From Spirochaetota bacterium (GTDB taxonomy: Bacteria > Spirochaetota > UBA4802 > UBA5550), in the NCBI GenBank assembly GCA_035403545.1, contig DAONFJ010000002.1, positions 14,867-78,866 on the forward strand: a DNA stretch of 64,000 nt, written 5' to 3'. Below the pieces are notes generated by a model. The model ran no database searches and was not told the origin of the DNA. It saw nothing but the letters and a program-made list of their open reading frames with translations. Every line of letters begins with the position of its first letter. The stretch's first letter is position 1. The translations under genes and the position numbers were made by a program. Positions 1 to 9,276 of the stretch are shown here, piece by piece.

Positions 1-2453
1 GCATTAAATGGCTAAGAGACTACTACTTCAAAGGAACATCCCGTAACTGGAATAACGAAACAACTTCATGGACTACAGGTACACCATGGGACGCGCAGTA
101 TAATGAACTGACATTCTATATAGTGCCTGAAACCTACGCCCTGATGCAGACAATATACTCCTCTTACAGGTTATCCGCAAGAAAGGTTGAACTGCACGAA
201 GATTTCTGGCAATGGACTCTCCCTGAAAGAAGAGCATGGTTCAACCGTGAAGTAATGGTAAAGTACCTTCCGAAAGAGATCCTTCCCGGCGACCTCGTCG
301 CGGGAGCGAGATTTAATATAATGACATCGCATTGCCTGACAGAGAAAGAGGCAAAAACGCGTAATAAAATGATATACGGAAAAAATGGTTCCAGGGCGAT
401 GATGAAAAAGTTCCATGATCATGGTTACGGGAACTCCGGCGCGACAAGCGGGCACCTGATACCGGGATATGAGAAGGCCCTGAATCTGGGATGGAAAGGG
501 ATTCATAAAGAGCTTACAGACCGGTATATCAGCCTCTCTTTAAAAGATAAGAAGGGTGAAACGGGAGGCCAGCTCCGTGCGATGATCACTGCTTCAGAGA
601 TGCCCCGTGATGTAGCAGCAGGATATGCGGAGCTTTGCATCTCAATGGCAAAGACTGAAAAAGATAAAACAAGAAGCAATGAACTAATTCAGATGGGGCA
701 GATTCTTTCAAGAGTTCCATGGGAACCGCCTGTTACTTTCTGGGAAGCCGTACAGTCATTGTGGCTGAATCACATGCTGGTTATGAGTGATGAGAACTAT
801 CCGGGGCCTGGCGTGTCTTTCGGAAGAATCGATCAGTATATGTTTCCCTACTGGGAACATTCACTCATGAACGGAATGGACAGGGAGTTTGGGAAGGAGA
901 TTCTCCGGTGTTTCTGGATGCATGCAAATACCGCTTACGATTCAATGATCAGGACAGGTAACCAGGGGATCACCGCGGGCTTTGGACAGCTGCTGACTCT
1001 TGCGGGGTGCGGGGCGGATGGAGAGGATCAGTCTAATGACCTGACATACGCCATACTTGAAGTTATTGATGAGATGTCGCCTATCCTTGAACCAAAACCG
1101 AATGTGCGGCTCCATAGAAATACTCCCGGCAAACTTCTCGACAAAGTCGTAGATATGATTTCCGGAAGTCAGGGAGCCCCGTTTCTGCTGAATTTTGACG
1201 AAAGATCAATGGCAGGGATGATACTTGAAGGGCGTAGATCCGGGATAACAGAACTGATAAATGAAACAAACGTACATGACTACGCACCAGTCGGCTGCCT
1301 TGAAAACACCATGGCGGGGAACGACAGATCCGGAACAGTTGATAATAATCTGAATCTTCTGAAAGCGGTGGAGCTTACACTTACAGGCGGAAAGGATATG
1401 AATCAGTTTGTTGACCCGATTACCGGGATTGCAGATAAATTAATTCAGGACGGCCCGCGAACCGGAGACCCCCGGAAATTCAGGACTTTTGAAGAGTTCT
1501 GGAACGCGTATGAAACTCAGACAAAATATATTGTAAAAAAAATAACGGAACTCTACGAAAAATCTGAAAGTCTCCGTGCAGCATACCATCCTACCCCATA
1601 TTTATCCTGCCTTGTTAAAGGATGTGCGGAGAAAGCCCTGGACATAACCAGAGGCGGAGCGGAGATCAGTATGGTTACTATTGAAGCTGTGACATACGCT
1701 ACAACTGTAGATTCAATCCTCGCAGTGAAGTACCTTGTGTTTGATAAAAAACTTTGTACTATGGATGAACTTGTAGATGCTTTGAGAAACAACTGGCAAA
1801 ATAATAACATACTTCAGGCAATGGCAAAAAATAAAACGCCGAAATACGGAAGAGATGACAATGAAGCTGATGCAATGGCTTTAAGGGTTATGAAACTCTG
1901 GACTGACGAAACATGGAAATATAAAACAGGCGTAACAGGAAGACAGTTCAGACCGGGTATGCTCAGCTGGAACTACTGGGCAGGAGACGGATATATAATG
2001 GCTGCAAGCCCCGATGGAAGGGCAAGAGGCCAGTTCCTTTCAAATGCTATCTGTCCTTCTAATGGTGCAGATATAAACGGCCCCACTTCAAATTCAAATT
2101 CAGTCGGCAAAGCTCTTGGCGGTAAGTCTGATGATAATCCCGAATCATTTCTAGGATATCTTAACCTCCTTCCAAACGGTGCAAGCCATACAATTACATT
2201 CAATCCATCAATCATGCGGAGCGGTGAGCATCGTGAAAAATTCAAGGCATTCCTGCGCGGATATATTGAAAACGGAGGTACAGCTCTTCAGATAAATATT
2301 CTCGATCCTGACATGCTTCGTGACGCACAGAAACATCCGGAAGATTACAGGCACCTTCTTGTGAGGATCACAGGGTATAACGCATACTTTACCGGGATCG
2401 GGCGGGAGCTCCAGGATGAGGTTATTGCGAGATTAAGTCATAGTAAAATTTAG
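1..2453 (+). CDS. Glycyl radical enzyme, PFL2/glycerol-dehydratase-like (eliminase-type) family; 5' end lies outside the window
   Basis: The frame of the 123..2453 ORF has no stop back to nt 3 (IKWLRDYYFKGTSRNWNNETTSW...), so the GTG at 123 is not the true start. C-terminal glycyl-radical motif VRITGYNAYF (Gly codon 2373-2375). Thiyl loop APVGCLEN (Cys codon 1296-1298) with a Cys-x-Glu dyad. Confidence 0.9.
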   Translation, partial: IKWLRDYYFKGTSRNWNNETTSWTTGTPWDAQYNELTFYIVPETYALMQTIYSSYRLSARKVELHEDFWQWTLPERRAWFNREVMVKYLPKEILPGDLVAGARFNIMTSHCLTEKEAKTRNKMIYGKNGSRAMMKKFHDHGYGNSGATSGHLIPGYEKALNLGWKGIHKELTDRYISLSLKDKKGETGGQLRAMITASEMPRDVAAGYAELCISMAKTEKDKTRSNELIQMGQILSRVPWEPPVTFWEAVQSLWLNHMLVMSDENYPGPGVSFGRIDQYMFPYWEHSLMNGMDREFGKEILRCFWMHANTAYDSMIRTGNQGITAGFGQLLTLAGCGADGEDQSNDLTYAILEVIDEMSPILEPKPNVRLHRNTPGKLLDKVVDMISGSQGAPFLLNFDERSMAGMILEGRRSGITELINETNVHDYAPVGCLENTMAGNDRSGTVDNNLNLLKAVELTLTGGKDMNQFVDPITGIADKLIQDGPRTGDPRKFRTFEEFWNAYETQTKYIVKKITELYEKSESLRAAYHPTPYLSCLVKGCAEKALDITRGGAEISMVTIEAVTYATTVDSILAVKYLVFDKKLCTMDELVDALRNNWQNNNILQAMAKNKTPKYGRDDNEADAMALRVMKLWTDETWKYKTGVTGRQFRPGMLSWNYWAGDGYIMAASPDGRARGQFLSNAICPSNGADINGPTSNSNSVGKALGGKSDDNPESFLGYLNLLPNGASHTITFNPSIMRSGEHREKFKAFLRGYIENGGTALQINILDPDMLRDAQKHPEDYRHLLVRITGYNAYFTGIGRELQDEVIARLSHSKI

Positions 2454-2464
2454 GCGGCAGGATT

Positions 2465-3454
2465 ATGCCGATGGTTAAATCAGAAAATAAACTGCAGGGG
2501 ACAGTTCTTGAAATACAGAGGATGTCCACAGAGGACGGCCCGGGGATACGCACTACGGTTTTTATGAAGGGCTGCCCTCTGTCATGTATCTGGTGCCATA
2601 ATCCGGAAAGCATTTCTCCTTTGCCACAGATTCACTGGATGGGTGTAAGGTGTATCGGCTGCGGAACATGTGTTACGGCCTGTCATCGGAAAGCGATAGC
2701 AAGTACGGAGCGCGGAATAACAATAGATAGAGAAATCTGCACCGGATGCGGTTTGTGTGCCGAGCAGTGTCCTACGACTGCGCTTGAACTTCTTGGGAAG
2801 AAAATGAAAGTGACAGATCTCTTTGATGAGATCATAAAAGACCGGGCGTATTTTGAAAACTCATCAGGAGGAGTGACAATTTCGGGCGGTGAGTGCACTC
2901 TTCAGGCTGAATTTGCAGGTGCGCTGCTTATGGAACTTAAAGCTGCAGGAATTCATACAGCAATAGATACATGCGGTTTATTTACCGATTCTGTATTTGA
3001 TAGTATATTTCCTTATACTGATATTGTTCTCTACGATCTAAAAGAAATAAACCCTAATCTGCATAAAAAATTTACAGGCAGCAGCAACGAAAAGATTCTG
3101 AAAAATCTTATCCGGACTGCGGAGTATGTTAAAGGACATCTCTATCCACGTGAAATATGGATACGTACTCCAGTTATTCCCGACACTACAGCACGGATAG
3201 AAAATATTGACGGGATAGGAAAGTTTATCTCGTCACTTCCTCCGGGAGTTGTAAAGCGATGGGATCTCTGCGCGTTTAATAATTTATGTGCTGATAAGTA
3301 CATACGGCTTGGAAAAAAATGGGAGTTTGAAAAAACACCGCTGATTGAAGAATCATTTATGGAAGAACTTGCTGATGCGGCGAGATACTCGGTTTTGGAA
3401 CCGGAGATAGTTTCGTGGAGCGGGGCAACAGTTTCAGGGAATAAGAAGTTATAG
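2465..3454 (+). CDS. Glycyl radical enzyme activating enzyme (radical SAM, with two auxiliary ferredoxin-type clusters)
   Basis: CPLSCIWC = CX3CX2C (nt 2573-2596), plus CIGCGTCVTAC and CTGCGLCAEQCP. Starts 11 nt after the GRE stop. Confidence 0.9.
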   Translation: MPMVKSENKLQGTVLEIQRMSTEDGPGIRTTVFMKGCPLSCIWCHNPESISPLPQIHWMGVRCIGCGTCVTACHRKAIASTERGITIDREICTGCGLCAEQCPTTALELLGKKMKVTDLFDEIIKDRAYFENSSGGVTISGGECTLQAEFAGALLMELKAAGIHTAIDTCGLFTDSVFDSIFPYTDIVLYDLKEINPNLHKKFTGSSNEKILKNLIRTAEYVKGHLYPREIWIRTPVIPDTTARIENIDGIGKFISSLPPGVVKRWDLCAFNNLCADKYIRLGKKWEFEKTPLIEESFMEELADAARYSVLEPEIVSWSGATVSGNKKL

Positions 3455-3507
3455 AAAATTTTATGCCCTCACCAGCTCGATGCTTAAGCACGAGCACACT
3501 CTCCCCG

Positions 3508-3541
3508 CCTTATGGCCGGTAGAGTGTTGCCGGCCATAAGG
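3508..3541 (+). terminator. Perfect 12-bp hairpin after the activase gene; possible terminator or attenuator (no U-tract)
   Basis: CCTTATGGCCGG (3508-3519) and CCGGCCATAAGG (3530-3541) are exact reverse complements with a 10-nt loop. The following sequence is G-rich, not T-rich. Confidence 0.35.
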
Positions 3542-3579
3542 AATGGCCGGGCGAGGGCAAAACAAAAGGAGGAGTAAAA

Positions 3580-4422
3580 ATGAACACAACAAAAACTTTT
3601 ACTGAAGATGAAATAAAAAAACTTGAACCGGCCGAAAAGATCGGTCTCATTGCTACGGTAAACAGTGAAGGTGCTCCTCACATCTCGCTGATTACGTCTA
3701 TCCAGCCTCTGGGCGCCGATAAACTTGTATTCGGCGAATTCAGCTACGGCCTCTCCAAATGGCATGTACGGAATAATCCGAAGAGCGCGTTCCTGATGAT
3801 GACCATGGATAAAAGCCTGTGGCGCGGAAAGTCCCTCTGGAAAGAGAGAAAAAAAGAAGGCCCTGAATATATAATGTATAATGAAAAACCGATGTTCAGG
3901 TATAATACATATTTTGGAATAAATACAGTTCACTATCTTGATATGATTGAGTGTGGAGGTAAGGAATCTCTCCCGTTGATTAAGATTATTTTATCCGTTC
4001 TTCTTACGCGGTTATCCGGTAAAGTTAAAAAGAAGACTTCTGTCGATCCTCTTAGTAATTTATCAATTTCATTTTTTAACAGAATGGATTCACTTAAATT
4101 CCTTGCTTATGTGGGTGATGATGGTTACCCGGAGATCATTCCTGTAATACAGTGCCGTGCCGCTTCATCGGAATCAATTGTTTTTTCACCGGCAGCATAT
4201 TCTGATGAGATGAAAAAAATACCTGAAGGTGCCGAGGTTGCTGTTTTCGCGATGACTCTTGATATGGAGAGTGTTCTGGTTAGAGGAAATTTTCAGGGAT
4301 ACAAAAGATCAAATTTTGTGAATAGAGGTACAGTGGAAATAGACTGGGTTTATAACTCCATGCCTCCGGTTCATGGACAGATATATCCTCCTGTGCCGCT
4401 TAATCCGGTAGATGAATTTTAA
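3580..4422 (+). CDS. Tandem split-barrel flavin-binding-like protein (pyridoxamine 5'-phosphate oxidase family-like)
   Basis: Two halves each resemble the PNPOx-like fold (KIGLIATVNSEGAPHISLITSI; LAYVGDDGYPEIIPVIQC). Strong SD AAGGAGG upstream of the ATG. Confidence 0.45.
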   Translation: MNTTKTFTEDEIKKLEPAEKIGLIATVNSEGAPHISLITSIQPLGADKLVFGEFSYGLSKWHVRNNPKSAFLMMTMDKSLWRGKSLWKERKKEGPEYIMYNEKPMFRYNTYFGINTVHYLDMIECGGKESLPLIKIILSVLLTRLSGKVKKKTSVDPLSNLSISFFNRMDSLKFLAYVGDDGYPEIIPVIQCRAASSESIVFSPAAYSDEMKKIPEGAEVAVFAMTLDMESVLVRGNFQGYKRSNFVNRGTVEIDWVYNSMPPVHGQIYPPVPLNPVDEF

Positions 4423-4433
4423 TACAGGGATTG

Positions 4434-4580
4434 ATGAGTATGAAACCGGATTTTACAATTGGGGAGAGAGTCCGTAAATATTACCGGGCCGATGATATCA
4501 GCTGCCCGGCAACACTGTTAAAAACAGCTGCAGAGATATATGACGTTGAACTCTCCCCGCAGAATTTATTTCAAAAATGA
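4434..4580 (+). pseudogene. 48-codon ORF resembling the N-terminus of C_GCAxxG_C_C-family proteins; possible gene remnant
   Basis: Translation is MSMKPDFTIGERVRKYYRADDISCPATLLKTAAEIYDVELSPQNLFQK*. The ..SCPATLLKTAAEIY.. segment resembles the ..NCAQAVL..a.e.. start of that family, but the ORF stops long before the family's GCAxxG motif would appear. Confidence 0.2.
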
Positions 4581-4638
4581 ATTAAGAGGTTGATTGGCGG
4601 CAGTTAATAATGTAATATTCTGATATCAGGAGAAAAAA

Positions 4639-5397
4639 ATGAAAATCAGGATATTAGGAAACGGCGGAGCGATTAATGATGGGCTTCCCTATAATTCTTT
4701 TTTGGTAGATGATTTTTTTCTTGCTGAAACTCCTCCTGATATAATGAATTCTCTTTTCAGAGAAAAAGTAAATATCGCAAAACTGAGTATTATTTATATT
4801 TCTCATTTTCATGGAGATCATTACTTTGGTCTCCCTTTTCTTATTCTAAGATTATTCTTTAATTCCGGCGGCAGAACTGCTGACAGGAAAATTAAAATCG
4901 CCGGGCCGCAGGGGATAAAATATAAAACTGAAGAGATATGCCGGCTTGCACTGGGAGAAAATCATCCGGTAAATAGCTGGATTGAAAACAGTTTTATCTT
5001 TAACGAACTCGGGCCTGGAAGTAATATTGTTATAGATAACAATACGTCCCTGAAAATATTTCCGATGCACCATTTCATCGAAACTTACGGATTTTCACTA
5101 TACCTGAATGGACATATAGTTTTCACATATTTTGCTGATACAATGTGGAACGATGATCTGCTTAACCAGGTAAAATTATTTCCCGGAATAATCCTGACTG
5201 ATTTGAATGGTGAACCTGCCGATCCCGTAAAAGTTCATATGTCAGAGCAGGACATTATAGAAAAAGCAATTCCTCACAGTGAAGGAAAAATTATCTATTA
5301 CGGCACTCATTTAAAAATACAGAAAGAGTCTGTTCATAAAAATATTAAATATGTTTATCCGGGAGAGACTATTTTAATACAGCATTTCGTACAATAA
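4639..5397 (+). CDS. MBL-fold metallo-hydrolase (RNase Z-like)
   Basis: HFHGDHYFG (HxHxDH) motif. SD GGAG upstream. Confidence 0.8.
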   Translation: MKIRILGNGGAINDGLPYNSFLVDDFFLAETPPDIMNSLFREKVNIAKLSIIYISHFHGDHYFGLPFLILRLFFNSGGRTADRKIKIAGPQGIKYKTEEICRLALGENHPVNSWIENSFIFNELGPGSNIVIDNNTSLKIFPMHHFIETYGFSLYLNGHIVFTYFADTMWNDDLLNQVKLFPGIILTDLNGEPADPVKVHMSEQDIIEKAIPHSEGKIIYYGTHLKIQKESVHKNIKYVYPGETILIQHFVQ

Positions 5398-5548
5398 TGT
5401 TATATTCTGTTTATAGAGAAAATTTTTGATCAATGGTTTCAGTGGTTCTACATTCTGACTCGGCTCCCGTAAATCGTGCGTACAAAAATTAGTTGATATA
5501 AAATGTTAAGCAGTTACTAAATTTTTTATCTATGCACCGTGAGGAATT

Positions 5549-6739
5549 ATGGAAAATAAATCTCTGATAAAAGCGATACTTGAAGTATTTGCAGTGTCAT
5601 TGAAACTTGGATTAACATCTTTCGGCGGGCCAATCGCGCATCTGGGATATTACCATAATGAATATGTGGATAAAAGGAAGTGGCTTGATGAGAGGAGTTA
5701 TCTCGATCTTGTTGCACTCTGCCAGTTTCTGCCAGGACCGGCGAGCACACAGATCAGTATCGCAATAGGAACATTCCGCGCGGGACTTACAGGCGGGATC
5801 GCAGCATGGTGCGGTTTTACACTTCCATCAGCTGTAATGATGGTACTTTTTGCGTTTGTGCTCCGGGGATTTAATATTATTGAATCAGGCTGGCTTCATG
5901 GACTTAAAATTGTAGCTGCGGCAATTGTCGCGCAGGCGATACTGACTATGTGGCAGAGACTCATCACTGACAGGATCAGTCCGCTAATAGCAATCGCAGT
6001 TTTTATAATACTGCTTTTCTGGCAGTCTGCTTTTAACCAGATTATTATTATCGCTGCAGCAGGAGCAGCAGGATTATTTTTTTACAGGAAAAAGGAACTT
6101 CCGGTAATTACTGAAATTCAGGTACCGGTGTCCAGAAAAACAGCAGTTTTATGTTTAACCATTTTTTTTATATTGCTGGTTTTACTTCCTGTGGCTCGTA
6201 ACATGTCGGGCAATCAAATGATTTCCGTAGCGGACAGCTTCTACCGTTCCGGTTCTCTCGTTTTCGGAGGCGGGCACGTTGTACTCCCTCTTCTTGAGCA
6301 TGAAGTTGTTCCAACCGGATGGGTTACCAGGGATGTCTTCCTTGCGGGATATGGTGCAGCTCAGGGAGTTCCCGGGCCTCTATTTACTTTTGCGGCTTAT
6401 CTCGGAGCAATGCTCGGCGGGATAAAATTTGCGCTTATTGCACTGATTGCAATTTTTCTGCCGGCATACCTTTTAATTATTGGAGCTCTCCCTTTCTGGA
6501 ATATGCTGCGGAACAATTCTAAAATTCAGGGTGCGCTTACGGGAATCAACGCGGGTGTAGTCGGCATACTGCTCGCCGCATTATATAATCCGGTCTGGAT
6601 ATCTGCAATTTTTTCAAAATATGACCTTGCTCTTGCAGTTTTGTTGTTCGGGATGCTGTTTTTTATTAAATTACCTCCATGGATTATTGTGATTGCAGGC
6701 GCATCGGGCGGAATGATATTAGAAGCAATCAAGTTCTGA
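5549..6739 (+). CDS. chrA: Chromate ion transporter (CHR family, two-domain)
   Basis: LGLTSFGGPIAHLGYYHNEYV and FLPGPASTQ signatures, repeated in the second half (FGGGHVVLPLL, GVPGPLF). Polytopic membrane protein. Confidence 0.85.
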   Translation: MENKSLIKAILEVFAVSLKLGLTSFGGPIAHLGYYHNEYVDKRKWLDERSYLDLVALCQFLPGPASTQISIAIGTFRAGLTGGIAAWCGFTLPSAVMMVLFAFVLRGFNIIESGWLHGLKIVAAAIVAQAILTMWQRLITDRISPLIAIAVFIILLFWQSAFNQIIIIAAAGAAGLFFYRKKELPVITEIQVPVSRKTAVLCLTIFFILLVLLPVARNMSGNQMISVADSFYRSGSLVFGGGHVVLPLLEHEVVPTGWVTRDVFLAGYGAAQGVPGPLFTFAAYLGAMLGGIKFALIALIAIFLPAYLLIIGALPFWNMLRNNSKIQGALTGINAGVVGILLAALYNPVWISAIFSKYDLALAVLLFGMLFFIKLPPWIIVIAGASGGMILEAIKF

Positions 6740-6777
6740 AAATTATATAAACGGCTGATAACCGGAGGATACCTGAA

Positions 6778-7293
6778 ATGGACGAAAAATCTTTTTTATC
6801 AAAAATGGCTGAGAGTTATAAAATTACTCTTCCCGCAAGATATGAGCAGTTTATCATTGAAAAAGAATATTTAATGTGCGAGGAGAGCCAGGCAGTCTTC
6901 ACGGGATTTATAAGCGGCCTTTATCATCTTCACTTTGTTGACGAGCTGCTCGCTGATGTTTTTAAACTCGGGGCGGCGCAGGGTATTAAAGACATTAAGG
7001 ATACCTGGACGAAAGAGTTTAATATATATATCCCTCTGGCTTATTTTGATCATCCCGAAGTTCCTGAACCGAAAGGCTTCCTTGTGTGGGATAATTCTGA
7101 AGAGATGATGCCTGTACTTATTTTTGATTTTGAAGGGCCGCGTGTTTATGCGGTTGCTGATAATCTTGATGAGTTTCTAAAAAATTTTCCTGATATACAC
7201 AACAAAGAACAGAGAAGCAGAAATGCCTCTGAACTGGCCGATAGAAAATTTGAATTCTGGAAAAAAGGTGATAGAAAAAATTTTAATTTTTAG
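6778..7293 (+). CDS. SMI1/KNR4-like protein
   Basis: N-terminal ..ITLPARYEQFI.. and C-terminal ..AVADNLDEFLKNF.. resemble the SMI1_KNR4 pattern. Weak, by eye only. Confidence 0.35.
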   Translation: MDEKSFLSKMAESYKITLPARYEQFIIEKEYLMCEESQAVFTGFISGLYHLHFVDELLADVFKLGAAQGIKDIKDTWTKEFNIYIPLAYFDHPEVPEPKGFLVWDNSEEMMPVLIFDFEGPRVYAVADNLDEFLKNFPDIHNKEQRSRNASELADRKFEFWKKGDRKNFNF

Positions 7294-7976
7294 AATCCTT
7301 TCAAAGGTTTTAAGACCGTCCCCTGGTTTCTGATTTCACGATATAGCTGACTTGCGGTAATTATAAAAAAAGGGGACACGTCTAACCCTGAACTTTTAAG
7401 AGCTTCTGCGACCCATGTATTGCATGTATTAAACAGGCAGTATCTGTACACAGATTTAAAGAAAATAATTTCACCGGAATATTTTTCTGATGTAATAAAA
7501 AGCGTATCCCCGGTATTTTTTTTAAAACTGTTTTCAATAAATCTGATTAATTTAATATACTGATCTTTCGAGAGAGTCAGCCTCACGGTATAATCACTCC
7601 AGCCGATGAAACTGTCAGCAGTATTGCTGTAACCTTCTATCCGGATTACACTTGTGTTGGGAAGAAGAACCGCTCTTGCTCCCATGCAGAAATTGTCCTT
7701 CGGATTCTGGTAGAATTTTTCCTCTCCCCATCCGATATCAGTGAATCTGAAATTTTTAAAATATTTTAACGCGGTGATTGTTTGTGAAGAATCGTCATCG
7801 ACCGGGATCACTATTCCTGTGTGAAGATTGTTGTTAATTATATAAACAGTATATTGACCGGCAGTATAACCGGTTTCATTTCCCGTATTTAAATTTTCTC
7901 TCCCTGTACATGACGCTGATATAAAAATCTGCAAAGCGGATAATAGAATCAGCAGAAATGAGTTTAGTTTTTTCAT
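7290..7976 (-). CDS. Lipoprotein, DUF2459 (TIGR02117)-like
   Basis: Signal peptide with lipobox ISASC. HTGIVIPV and DIGWGEEKFYQ resemble DUF2459 signatures. Confidence 0.45.
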   Translation of the reverse strand: MKKLNSFLLILLSALQIFISASCTGRENLNTGNETGYTAGQYTVYIINNNLHTGIVIPVDDDSSQTITALKYFKNFRFTDIGWGEEKFYQNPKDNFCMGARAVLLPNTSVIRIEGYSNTADSFIGWSDYTVRLTLSKDQYIKLIRFIENSFKKNTGDTLFITSEKYSGEIIFFKSVYRYCLFNTCNTWVAEALKSSGLDVSPFFIITASQLYREIRNQGTVLKPLKGF

Positions 7977-8022
7977 CAGAAAGTTATCCTATGATTCGAT
8001 TTACCAGGTTCAATTACACTTA

Positions 8023-8622
8023 TCAGAAAAAATATGCTTTGATACCGCTCATCATCATTTCAAGAGAGATGAATGATACGAGTACTGCCATAATTTTTTC
8101 CATCCCTTTTGTGAACTCGGTACCTAGAAACCGTTCAATATATGATGATGCCGAAAGGAGTAATGCACCGATGACGACAGCAGACAAAATAGATGACATT
8201 AAATACAGCTTATCCCATTGATATAAACCAAGATATGAGATCATTCCGAAGGTCATACTCCCCGGGCCGGCCAGCATCGGAATAGCAAGAGGAGATACAA
8301 TTATGTTCCTCAATTTTGTATGGCCGTTTTTTTCATCACCGGAATGAGTTGAGAGAATCATCTGGAAGGCAATATACAGAAGAAGTAAACCCCCGCCGAC
8401 TTTAACCGCTTCTATTGATATATTGAAATAGTTCATAATCTGTCTCCCCAGTATGGAGAAAACAAGAACTATTATGCCTGCTATAGCTGATGATGAAAAG
8501 GCTATTCTTACTCGTTCTCTTTGTGAAAATTTTTTAGTAAGAGAAATAAATAATGGAATAGTCCCAATAAAATCCATAAGTATAAACATCGGTATGAATA
8601 AGGATAAAAACTTCGTTGTCAT
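8023..8622 (-). CDS. MarC-family (UPF0056) integral membrane protein
   Basis: MDFIGTIPLFISLT motif, six hydrophobic segments. The internal ATG at 8622 has GGAG 8 nt upstream, so I prefer it to the 8667 ORF start. Confidence 0.75.
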   Translation of the reverse strand: MTTKFLSLFIPMFILMDFIGTIPLFISLTKKFSQRERVRIAFSSSAIAGIIVLVFSILGRQIMNYFNISIEAVKVGGGLLLLYIAFQMILSTHSGDEKNGHTKLRNIIVSPLAIPMLAGPGSMTFGMISYLGLYQWDKLYLMSSILSAVVIGALLLSASSYIERFLGTEFTKGMEKIMAVLVSFISLEMMMSGIKAYFF

Positions 8623-8827
8623 TTTTATTACTCCAATTGCAGCGGAAGATCGGGTTAATATAATCACTATAGACTTTAAAAATCAAATATTTTACGGATT
8701 ATAACTGGTTTAAAAATAACTGTCGGCATAATTAGTTGATAAAATTTAAATTCATTACTTGATAAAATTTTATGATTTTGTTAATGTTGTTATACGCTAA
8801 AGTCAAGATGCCAGGAGATGTAATTTT

Positions 8828-9181
8828 ATGGATGACAGAAATCAGTCCAGGGTTGTTTTCCATGTTAATGCTTCAATCGAGTATGATGGGCACACCGTTA
8901 ACGGGGATGTTGAAAATCTCAGCATAAAAGGTATATTCATAAATACTGCAGAGAAAATTCCGGTTGATACTGATGTTGATATTTCAATATATCTTTCCGG
9001 AACAACCTCCGAGTTGAGCCTTAAAATCAACGGTGTAATAGTAAGGAACGAATCGAAAGGTGTAGCAGTAAATTTCAAAGAAATTGAATTTGATTCGTTT
9101 ATTCATCTGCGGAATATTATAGAATTCAATTCGGTAAATGATTCTGAAATGATGAAGGAATTTAAAAAGACACAATCATAA
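8828..9181 (+). CDS. Single-domain PilZ c-di-GMP receptor
   Basis: RNQSR = RxxxR (8837-8851) and NLSIKG = (D/N)xSxxG (8915-8932) with canonical spacing. Confidence 0.8.
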   Translation: MDDRNQSRVVFHVNASIEYDGHTVNGDVENLSIKGIFINTAEKIPVDTDVDISIYLSGTTSELSLKINGVIVRNESKGVAVNFKEIEFDSFIHLRNIIEFNSVNDSEMMKEFKKTQS

Positions 9182-9276
9182 TTTCAGGCATACCGGCTTC
9201 GATATCATCGTAAAAAGAATTGAATTTAATACGGCCTGATTTAAATAGAAATATGCAGGATCTGTCAGATAATCTA

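Noticed and set aside
3484-3933. 149-aa minus-strand ORF overlapping the start of the PNPOx-like gene and the 3508-3541 hairpin
   Set aside because: The translation is F/I/C-rich and implausible. It runs through an intergenic hairpin and is antisense to a gene with a strong SD.
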